From Syntrophales bacterium (GTDB lineage: Bacteria > Desulfobacterota > Syntrophia > Syntrophales > PHBD01), in assembly GCA_963668175.1 (NCBI GenBank), contig OY764159.1, forward strand, positions 3,488,001-3,552,000: DNA of 64,000 nt, in the 5' to 3' direction. The position numbers were made by a program, and so were the translations under genes. Positions 39,266 to 47,166 of the stretch are shown one piece after another. Position 1 is the stretch's first letter, and every line of letters starts with the position of its first letter. Below the pieces are notes generated by a model. The model was not told where the DNA came from, did no database searches, and was given only the letters and a program-made list of their open reading frames with translations.

Positions 39266-39311
39266 ATAACACCCTTTATTAATAACGATCGTTATTGATA
39301 ATGGGTGTTAT
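39266..39311. promoter_or_regulatory. 46-bp palindromic operator array (three ATAAC-N4-GTTAT-like units at a 16-bp period)
   Basis: ATAACACCCTTTATTAATAACGATCGTTATTGATAATGGGTGTTAT, two mismatches from a perfect palindrome, just upstream of tetR copy 2. Confidence 0.75.
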
Positions 39312-39335
39312 AGTTATGCCGTTTCGCTTTGTCAA
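39307..39335 (-). promoter_or_regulatory. sigma70 promoter of tetR copy 2
   Basis: Minus strand TTGACA (39335-39330), 17-nt spacer, TATAAC (39312-39307), overlapping the operator array. Confidence 0.75.
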
Positions 39336-39497
39336 GTCCTTTTTTCGCCATTTTCACAACTGCCCATTATGACTTGATATTTTCGCAGAAAAGGGATTGC
39401 CCGTACGCATTCATTCCGGTCGTATCCCTTGCCATACAGGCTGAGCCGACTTTCTGACGGCGATGAGGATGCAGTCCGGTGGGTTCTCAGTGCCTGA

Positions 39498-39701
39498 AAG
39501 GATCACAAGAAGCACATCATATCCTTGAGACGAAAACGCAGACTTCGTCCCAGGCTAATCTGCACTGAGATGAATCGGTTTTATGGAATAAAGCTGTCGC
39601 TTACTACAATCTATAGGATTCTCAAAAAAAGCGAGATGCCGCGGACGGATCGTGAAAGAACTTATCGCAAGGAAAATAGGCGTTATAGTCGTCCGATGCC
39701 C
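39498..39701 (+). mobile_element. IS481-family transposase remnant (HTH region only)
   Basis: 'HIISLRRKRRLRPRLICTEMNRFYGIKLSLTTIYRILKK...RYSRPMP' resembles the IS481 segment just before the DDE domain; similarity stops where 'GERVQxD' is expected. Confidence 0.6.
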
Positions 39702-40107
39702 GAAGTGAAAAGCGGATTTTACTTTAGTGGCAATGGCTTATTGATGGCTACCAAGAGGAGATACCGGATAGTTCCCGTCATTCCGATTAAAGTCGGATTG
39801 CGATCGACATCCGCCGCCGAGATCATTCTGCAGGAAAGGAGGAGGGACCGGCTTATGGCGGCCGGCCCCTTATAGCAGAGACGGGAGTATATGCAGCCAC
39901 CGATTAAAACATTGCTTCTACTCCGTCCTGCGCTGGAGCGACATTGGCATCCGTCGGCATCCGTGTCATGGATGCATATCGCAGGAATACATACCTTTTG
40001 AATGAGAGCGTCAGCTTGGGCAAGAAGTCCATTTCGGGATTTTCAATCCTGATCCTTCATGAGCAGGAACCCGGTCAGGCTGAAGCAATATGACCGTTTC
40101 TCCCGCA

Positions 40108-41970
40108 TCATCTCCCTTGATCATCTATCGCCCGGTCAGTGTATGATCGGGTATCGGGGACGAACATTGTCGTCGAAACCGCTTCTTCCGCAGAGAGAGG
40201 CCGGCGGCCGTTGTCGGCGCCGAGACCGACCACGTCAACCAACTCTTGAACTACTTCCTCTATTGTAGCCGCCTGGGCATTCATCTCCTCGGAGGCACTC
40301 GCCAATTCCTCGGCATTGGCGGCGTTCTGCTGAACAACCTTGTCCACTTCACGGACGGCCCTGCTGATCTGCTCAATGCCCTGCGCCTGTTCACGGGATG
40401 CATCGTTCATTTCATTAATCAGCGCCGTGGTCTTCTTGCCCGTCTCTCCCATCTCGCGAAACTCAAGGAGGACCCGGTCCACCAATGCGGCGCCCTCTTT
40501 GATGCCGTTCAGCGTTTCTCCGATGATTGCCGCCGTATCTTTCGCCGCATCGGCGGACTTCTTGGCAAGATTTCTGACTTCTTCGGCGACAACGGCGAAT
40601 CCCGCCCCGACTTCGCCGGCGCGGGCGGCCTCTACTGCGGCATTCAGGGCCAGCAGGTTGATCTGAAAAGCGATTTCATCGCTGGTCTTAACGACCTTGG
40701 CGGCCTTGTTTCCCGATTCCGTGACGTGGTTCATGCGAACCTGAGACTCTTTGATGCTCTTATAGCAGGATTTCTGCAAGACATAGGTGGCTTCACCCGC
40801 CCTCACCAGTTCCTCGGCATTATGTGCGGTATTTTTCGTCATCGAACTCATCTCCTCCAGAGTGGATGATGTTTCCTCGATGGCAGACGCCTGTTCCGAT
40901 GCACCTTCCGCCAGGTTCTGGCTTGCAGAAGCGACTTCGCGGAAGGCCGCGGTAATCTGTTCCATGCCGGCATTCAATTGCTCCGAGGCTTTCCGGATCG
41001 GAACCGCGATCCTCGCGGCGGCGAAATAGGCCGCCACGGCTGCGAGCAGGGCGAATAGGACCATTCCTATGAAGATGATATTTCGGACAGCATAAACGGA
41101 GGCCAGCATCTCGTCGACCGGAACCGCCACGATGACACTCCAGCCGTTGATCTTGACAGGCGCGAAACCTGCGTATTTGTCGATCCCGTGGTAAGTGTAT
41201 TTCCGGACACCTGCCTCCCCGGCGGCGGTTTTCCGAATGATCTCCTCCATACCCTGCTCTTTCGCTATGTTGAGCTTAAGAACCTGTTTGGTGTCCGGGT
41301 AGACGATCACCGTCCCTTCCCTGTTGACGATATAGGCGTAACCCGTTTTTCCCAGTTTGACCTGATTGATCTTCGCCGCCAGGTAGGGCACCCGCAACAT
41401 TCCGGCAACCATGCCTATGATGCTGCCGTTCTCGTCCTTCACCGGATAAGGCAGGGCATTGACCGGTGCATTGTACTTTTTCGACATGATGACGGACTCC
41501 ACGCTGGTCTGCCCCTGCATGGTCTTTTTGACGTAGTCCCTGTCCGCGATATTGAAACCCTTGATAACACCCTTGACATCGTCGGCAAAAATGATCGCGT
41601 CCTTTCCCAGAACGACGATCGACTCGTACCGGCTTTCTGTTACGGGCAGAAGCTTATCGAACTCATGTTGCAGCGATTCCGCCTTCTGCGCATCGCCGGC
41701 ATTCATATCCTTCACAGCCGTTATTACGGAGTGCCTCTGGGCCAGCATGGCCATTGCGCCGGATTCCGAAGTAACGACGCTGTCGACCATATCCGCAATG
41801 CTCTTCGCGACAGTGAGCACCTGTGCCTCAGTTTCCTTCTCGATATTCGCCCGGGTGTAATAGACGGCTGCCGCCCCGAGAACAACGACGGGGATAACAG
41901 CCATGAGGCAACCGCCGATCATCAGTTTCGTTTTCAATCCCCCCCTGTTTAAAGACGACCTTCCGATCAT
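40108..41970 (-). CDS. Methyl-accepting chemotaxis protein with periplasmic Cache domain
   Basis: Two TM helices, 'ADRDY', 'GKTGYAYIVN', 'IAFQINLLALNAAVEAARAGEVGAGFAVVAEEVRNLA'. Confidence 0.95.
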   Translation of the reverse strand: MIGRSSLNRGGLKTKLMIGGCLMAVIPVVVLGAAAVYYTRANIEKETEAQVLTVAKSIADMVDSVVTSESGAMAMLAQRHSVITAVKDMNAGDAQKAESLQHEFDKLLPVTESRYESIVVLGKDAIIFADDVKGVIKGFNIADRDYVKKTMQGQTSVESVIMSKKYNAPVNALPYPVKDENGSIIGMVAGMLRVPYLAAKINQVKLGKTGYAYIVNREGTVIVYPDTKQVLKLNIAKEQGMEEIIRKTAAGEAGVRKYTYHGIDKYAGFAPVKINGWSVIVAVPVDEMLASVYAVRNIIFIGMVLFALLAAVAAYFAAARIAVPIRKASEQLNAGMEQITAAFREVASASQNLAEGASEQASAIEETSSTLEEMSSMTKNTAHNAEELVRAGEATYVLQKSCYKSIKESQVRMNHVTESGNKAAKVVKTSDEIAFQINLLALNAAVEAARAGEVGAGFAVVAEEVRNLAKKSADAAKDTAAIIGETLNGIKEGAALVDRVLLEFREMGETGKKTTALINEMNDASREQAQGIEQISRAVREVDKVVQQNAANAEELASASEEMNAQAATIEEVVQELVDVVGLGADNGRRPLSAEEAVSTTMFVPDTRSYTDRAIDDQGR

Positions 41971-42099
41971 GTGGATTCTCCTTGATAAACGATATTCAAC
42001 GGACGGATCCGTTTACCGATTTAACCGCCTTGATCCTCACTTTTCATGATTTTATTTTGATTTGATGACGACTTGCCGCTTCAACAGACGGCGTTTTCA

Positions 42100-42960
42100 T
42101 CAGGCAGACATTTCGGAAAAATACTTCTCGGCCATGTATGAGCTGCGCACAAACGGCGATGCTGCAACGCTTCTGAAACCTAAATCCAGAGCCCGCCGCC
42201 GATAAAAATCGAAGACTTCAGGGCGGACATATTCCACGACGGGATGATGCGAAGCGGAAGGACCAAGGTACTGGCCGATCGTCAGCATGTCGCAGCCGAC
42301 ATCTCTCAATTCCGACAAGACTTTGGCCACTTCCTCGGCCGTTTCGCCCAACCCCACCATCAGGCCCGATTTGGTCACGCCCTCCGGATACATGGCCTTT
42401 ATCTCGCGAAGCAGCGTCAGGGACCTCGCGTAATCCGCCTGGGGCCGGGCCGCCCGATAAAGTCTCGGCACGGTCTCGATGTTATGACTGACCACTTCCG
42501 GCGCCGCCATAGCTATGGTATTCAGGGCCTGCTTCGAGCCCTGAAAATCGGGAATCAGCACCTCGACGCCCACGCCGGGACAATGGATGCGCAACGACGC
42601 TATCGTGCGGGCAAAATGCGATGCGCCGCCGTCGGGCAAATCGTCCCTGGTCACGGACGTCACGACGACGAAGCGCAGCTTCATCTCTTTGACTTCCAAG
42701 GCAAGCCTCTTCGGCTCGTCCATGTCGAGAGGAAACGGCTTTCCGTGTTTGACGGCGCAAAAACGGCAGTTCCGGGTGCATGTATCCCCCATGATAAGGA
42801 AAGTAGCCACACCCCGCTCGAAGCATTCGCCCTGATTGGGGCAGCACCCCTCCTGGCAGATCGTATGCAGGCGTTGACTGCTCAAACCGGCCTCCACGCT
42901 TTGAAAGGCAGCACCCAAAGGGAGTTTCTTTCTCAACCAGTCAGGTTTCGCCAAGGTCAT
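42100..42960 (-). CDS. lipA: Lipoyl synthase
   Basis: CX4CX5C 'CQEGCCPNQGEC', radical-SAM 'CTRNCRFC', 'RDDLPDGGA', 'IGQYL', 'VRSSY'. Confidence 0.97.
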   Translation of the reverse strand: MTLAKPDWLRKKLPLGAAFQSVEAGLSSQRLHTICQEGCCPNQGECFERGVATFLIMGDTCTRNCRFCAVKHGKPFPLDMDEPKRLALEVKEMKLRFVVVTSVTRDDLPDGGASHFARTIASLRIHCPGVGVEVLIPDFQGSKQALNTIAMAAPEVVSHNIETVPRLYRAARPQADYARSLTLLREIKAMYPEGVTKSGLMVGLGETAEEVAKVLSELRDVGCDMLTIGQYLGPSASHHPVVEYVRPEVFDFYRRRALDLGFRSVAASPFVRSSYMAEKYFSEMSA

Positions 42961-43670
42961 GACATCCCCTCATGAATCATCTCCGGAAATTTATGTCTGA
43001 ACGCTTCCCACGACAGCCGCGCCGTTACCGGCACGGCAAATACGAGGGAAAAGGAACGAACGATCATATCCCTCACGCGGTTCATGATCGATCTGCCGCC
43101 CGTATTCACAAAATGCTCCAGAAAAGCGATACCGCGATCGGCAATGCCGCAGGGAACAAAGAATTGATAAATCCCTATATCCTCGAATACATTCAACGAA
43201 AAGCCATGCATGGTAACATGTTCCTTCACTTCCACGCCGACGGCGGCGATTTTCCTGCCGTCCACCCAAACGCCCCGCAAACTCTCTATCCTGCCTGCCT
43301 GGATATCGAATTTCGTAAGGCAGGCAATAAGCGTCTCTTCCAGACGATAAACGAGAAAAGGAATATCGGGTTGAGACGTTTCGACCCGCATGATGGGATA
43401 ACCGACCAACTGCCCCGGATAGTGACACGTCATCTTTCCGCCCCGACTCACCTGGCGGAACGCAATACCCCTCTTTTCCAGCTCTTCATGGGGAACAAGC
43501 AGATCATTCTTATTCCCCTGCCTGCCGGACGTGATAACCGGTTCGTGTTCCAGAAGCAGCAGAACATCATCCCCCTTGCCGGCAACCCTTGCGGCATGGA
43601 TCATCTGCTGGATTCTAAGCCCTTCGTCGTAGGACACGACATCAAGATAGACGGCAATCACGGCGCTCAC
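42957..43670 (-). CDS. lipB: Octanoyl transferase
   Basis: 'LLEHEPVIT.GR', 'RGGKMTCHYPGQLVGYPI', 'KIAAVG', 'HGFSLNV', 'VPCGI'; GTG start at 43670 is uncertain. Confidence 0.93.
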   Translation of the reverse strand: MSAVIAVYLDVVSYDEGLRIQQMIHAARVAGKGDDVLLLLEHEPVITSGRQGNKNDLLVPHEELEKRGIAFRQVSRGGKMTCHYPGQLVGYPIMRVETSQPDIPFLVYRLEETLIACLTKFDIQAGRIESLRGVWVDGRKIAAVGVEVKEHVTMHGFSLNVFEDIGIYQFFVPCGIADRGIAFLEHFVNTGGRSIMNRVRDMIVRSFSLVFAVPVTARLSWEAFRHKFPEMIHEGMS

Positions 43671-43773
43671 TCCCGATGGTACTTCCCCCCCCGCCCCGCT
43701 AAGGGGAGCGGGGGGAAGCAAGGAACATCCCCTGCGCCGCCGTCATCGGCGGCAATGGGGTGACTGAGAATAT

Positions 43774-44550
43774 CTACAATCTCTCCGCACCTTTTTTCGG
43801 GTCGTCAAAATTTGCGGGTTTCTTGAAACCTAACCGTGTCCAGTATCTCTCCGGCATGACTTCCGGTTTTTTATAAAAATGCCAGGCACAGGGCTTGGAG
43901 GCGTCGGGGTTATACTCCGTAACCCAGAGAGGCCATCCGCCCCACTCGATCATGAGGATCTCGTTCATGGCGCAGTGGATGCAGTAGTAAGGAACGTCGG
44001 CCAGCGACCAACTCCACCAGTAGGGCTTGGACGTCACGCCGAAGTTGTAGGGTTTTCCCAGCCGGGAAGGCGTGCCGTCGACCGGATCGCCCCGGCGGAT
44101 GCGTCCGCCGCTGCCGCAGGGATCGCAGAGGAGTTCATATTTATCTGCGTCTTCCGTGAACGTCAATTCGCCCATCTGCCGGGGACCGCAGCGGTGCGCC
44201 CGGAAAATCTCCGCGTTCAGCATCAGCCGCTGGAACGGCTGCATCTTGGAAAGGCCGCTCCATGTTCGCCGCATCATCCAGGTGCTCTGTGTTGCGCGCA
44301 GCAGGTCGAACATCGCTTCCTCCCCATGCATTTTTGCCACTTTGTCAAAGATGTCGGCCGTCCAGTCCACATACAGGTCATGAAGCCCCTTGGACTCGGG
44401 AACAAAGTATTGGGCCAGCTCCTTGGCAAGCTCCAGTTTGCCTTCGTCGATGCAACGGCAGATCATGTCCCCCGTGGGAACACCCAGATCCTCCAGATCG
44501 TCCTGACGGATCTTTCTCTTGATCAAATCCCATTTTTCGTATTTCAGCAT
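43774..44550 (-). CDS. Hypothetical Cys/His/Trp-rich protein (possibly V4R / ATC-hydrolase-like fold)
   Basis: 258-aa ORF with GAGGT RBS inside the operon; motifs 'HDLY', 'RAHRC', 'CDPCGSGG', 'YYCIHC', 'PCAWHFYK'. Confidence 0.75.
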   Translation of the reverse strand: MLKYEKWDLIKRKIRQDDLEDLGVPTGDMICRCIDEGKLELAKELAQYFVPESKGLHDLYVDWTADIFDKVAKMHGEEAMFDLLRATQSTWMMRRTWSGLSKMQPFQRLMLNAEIFRAHRCGPRQMGELTFTEDADKYELLCDPCGSGGRIRRGDPVDGTPSRLGKPYNFGVTSKPYWWSWSLADVPYYCIHCAMNEILMIEWGGWPLWVTEYNPDASKPCAWHFYKKPEVMPERYWTRLGFKKPANFDDPKKGAERL

Positions 44551-44600
44551 GATTCGATACCTCTCTTTCCATGCAATGACAATGTGTTGACGACTGTTCG

Positions 44601-45869
44601 CTAATTCTTCATCCTATCGACCGCAGGTTCGTGGTAAAGCACGTCTTCGCCGTACAGGGCCTTGATCTGATCCTCCCCGTATCCCAGAACTTCTGCGAGA
44701 ACATGGTCGTTATGCTCGCCCAGGATGGGTGCATGGCCCCTGATGCAGGAAGGTGTTTCGGACATCTTCAGGGGACTGCCGTACATCTTCATGGGGCCGA
44801 TGAAGGGCTGATCGACGACGGGCATCATTTCCCTCGCCTTGATCTGGGGGTCCGTATCCGCCAGTTCCTTCAGTGTCCGGACGCGCAGGCACGGAACTTC
44901 CACTTCGTCGAGCAGCCGCTCCACTTCTTCGACCGATTCCTGCTCCATGACCCACTCTTCCAACACCTGATGAATGAAGGGGGCATTGGACGTGGAGCAC
45001 CGCGTCGAGACATCCTTCGCCCGGGGATCATTGAGAAGCCAGGCGTATTTTTCCCCCATGAGCTTCACCAGGGGCTGCCATCTGTTTTCCGTCAGGCAGG
45101 CGATGCAGATCAAGCCGTCGTTCTTACCCTTGTAAATGCCGTAAGGGGCGTAACCGGGATGCTGGCGGCCGATCCTCGGAGGTTCGATGGGATTCCCTAT
45201 CGCCTGGCTGATCAGATACCAGGGAAGCGTATTTTCATGGAGGGAAAAGAGGCAGTCCATCATGGAGATGTCGAGGTTCTGGCCGATCCCGCTCATCTTC
45301 TTCGCATAAAGGGCGCCCAGGATGGCTATACATGCATGTACCGCGGCCACCGTGTCGCCGATGGACACCGGGGCGATGATCGGGGGATCGCTCTGGGCGG
45401 TCCAACCGCTGGCGCCCTGGGCGATCATGTCGTACCCGGGCTTGTGGCTGTAAGGCCCCCAGTGGCCGAAACAGGAGATGGAACAGTAAATGATATCGCT
45501 CTTGATCTTCTTGACCGACTCGTAATCGAGTTTCAGCCGGTCCATGACGCCGGGGGCAAAGTTCTCTATCACGACGTCACTCTTTTTAATCAGCTCATGA
45601 ATCACGGCCATCCCTTTCGGGTTTTTCATATTGACGCAGATGCTTTTCTTGCCCCGGTTGACGTTGACGCTGTATGAACTCTGGGTGACGTCGTCATGGG
45701 TCACCCGGTAAGGGAGCCAACGCTCGTTGGCGCCGGCCTTGTATTGCTCCACTTTGATGACATTCGCACCCATATCGGCAAGGGTTTTGGTTGCATGAGG
45801 ACCAGCCAGCACCCAGGTAAAATCCAGAATCGTAACGCCTTCCAAGCACCCCGGTTTCAAATTCTCCAT
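44601..45869 (-). CDS. Family III CoA-transferase (CaiB/BaiF)
   Basis: 'LEGVTILDFTWVLAGP', 'NRGKKS', 'ENFAPG', 'PGYDMIAQGASG', catalytic Asp in 'SIGD', 'APILGEH'. Confidence 0.94.
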   Translation of the reverse strand: MENLKPGCLEGVTILDFTWVLAGPHATKTLADMGANVIKVEQYKAGANERWLPYRVTHDDVTQSSYSVNVNRGKKSICVNMKNPKGMAVIHELIKKSDVVIENFAPGVMDRLKLDYESVKKIKSDIIYCSISCFGHWGPYSHKPGYDMIAQGASGWTAQSDPPIIAPVSIGDTVAAVHACIAILGALYAKKMSGIGQNLDISMMDCLFSLHENTLPWYLISQAIGNPIEPPRIGRQHPGYAPYGIYKGKNDGLICIACLTENRWQPLVKLMGEKYAWLLNDPRAKDVSTRCSTSNAPFIHQVLEEWVMEQESVEEVERLLDEVEVPCLRVRTLKELADTDPQIKAREMMPVVDQPFIGPMKMYGSPLKMSETPSCIRGHAPILGEHNDHVLAEVLGYGEDQIKALYGEDVLYHEPAVDRMKN

Positions 45870-46014
45870 AACCAGTCTCCTTATATATATCAAACCGTGT
45901 CATCCACGGCGCTGTTTTTTTGTTACGTTCCGGCGCCGACAAACCCGCCGCCGGAACGACCCCGCCGTCATTTCAAGGCCTCGGCCCGCACCTTCCTGCC
46001 GGGTATCGCGACAC

Positions 46015-47136
46015 CTACAATCCCAGTTCGGAGGCAATGAGTTGACGATGATAATTGGCATTGCCGTAAGCGTATTCTGAGGCTTTCGCCCTCCTGGAGT
46101 ATATGGGCATGGGATGTTCCACGATGTAGCCCGTACCTCCGAAGATCTGGTGGCCGATGGCCGTCACCTTTTTATAAGCTTCGCTGACCCAGGCCTTCGC
46201 CGAGGAAACGAAACGTGCGGCCGACATGCCGTTATCGAGCATCCAGGAGGCCTTGTAGGTGATGTAGGTGCTGCCTTCAATGGCCATTTTCTGATTGGCG
46301 CAATGATGCTGCACGGCCTGATAGACGCCGATGGGCTTGCCGAATTGCACACGCTCCTTGGCATACGCGACGGTCAATTCCATGACCTTGTTGGAGCCCC
46401 CCAGCATTTCGGCGCATTTACCCACCGCCGCATACTGCAGGACTTTTTCGATGATGGGGCCGGCGCCGTTCAATCCGCCCAGGAGGTCCGACTTCGGGAC
46501 CCGAACGTGATCCAGGACGACCTCGCACAGTTTGTCGCCGGCGGTCGTCTTCAGCACCGTGACCTCGACACCCGCCGCCTTTCCATCCACCAGGAACAGG
46601 GATATGCCGCCGGCGGTCCTTACCGCACAGATGATCTTGTCCGCCACATGGGCATCGGGAACGAAGAGTTTCGTTCCGTTTATGACGTAGGCGTCCCCGT
46701 CCGCCGCGGCCGTTGCTTCGATGAAGGACGGATCGTAAACGGTGCTGCCGGCTTCGCTCAGGGCGAGCGTCATCATGCATTTACCCTCGGCGATTTTCGG
46801 CAGGAGTTCGTCCTTTTGCCCGTCATCCCCCCCGAAAAGAACGGTCAAACCTCCCAAAAGGACGGTGGAAAAGAAGGGCCCCGGAACTGCAGCATAACCC
46901 ATCTCTTCCAGAAGGACAACCAGGTCCGTGAACGAGCCTCCGATGCCTCCGTACTGCTCGGGAAACATGACGGCCATCCATCCCAGTTCGGCCATACCTT
47001 TCCACAGCTCAGGCGTAAATCCCTTTTCGTCCCGGTCCATTTCCAGATACCAGTCGACATTGGGACACGCCTTCTCCAGGAAGCCCCTTGCCGCTTCCTT
47101 CATCATTCTCTGCTCTTCCGTATATGTAAAATCCAT
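46015..47136 (-). CDS. Acyl-CoA dehydrogenase, non-catalytic partner subunit (PimD/ChsE/FadE27-type)
   Basis: 'WKGMAELGW', 'EEMG..AVPGP', 'RVQFGKPIG.YQAVQH', truncated C-terminus 'RAKASEYAYGNANYHR' typical of heteromeric ACAD small subunits. Confidence 0.88.
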   Translation of the reverse strand: MDFTYTEEQRMMKEAARGFLEKACPNVDWYLEMDRDEKGFTPELWKGMAELGWMAVMFPEQYGGIGGSFTDLVVLLEEMGYAAVPGPFFSTVLLGGLTVLFGGDDGQKDELLPKIAEGKCMMTLALSEAGSTVYDPSFIEATAAADGDAYVINGTKLFVPDAHVADKIICAVRTAGGISLFLVDGKAAGVEVTVLKTTAGDKLCEVVLDHVRVPKSDLLGGLNGAGPIIEKVLQYAAVGKCAEMLGGSNKVMELTVAYAKERVQFGKPIGVYQAVQHHCANQKMAIEGSTYITYKASWMLDNGMSAARFVSSAKAWVSEAYKKVTAIGHQIFGGTGYIVEHPMPIYSRRAKASEYAYGNANYHRQLIASELGL

Positions 47137-47166
47137 TTTTATACCTCCGTTCCAATATGGCCTTGT

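Noticed and set aside
39946..39964. Short tandem duplications (GGCATCCGTC x2 here; GACGGAAAA x2 near 34508)
   Set aside because: Only two units, no spacers, and one is explained by coding sequence; not a CRISPR array or VNTR.
43682..45958. GC-rich hairpins at 43682-43718 and 45926-45958 as terminators or a REP family
   Set aside because: No U-tract in the transcribed direction and no shared sequence between them; most likely ordinary intercistronic stabilising stems.
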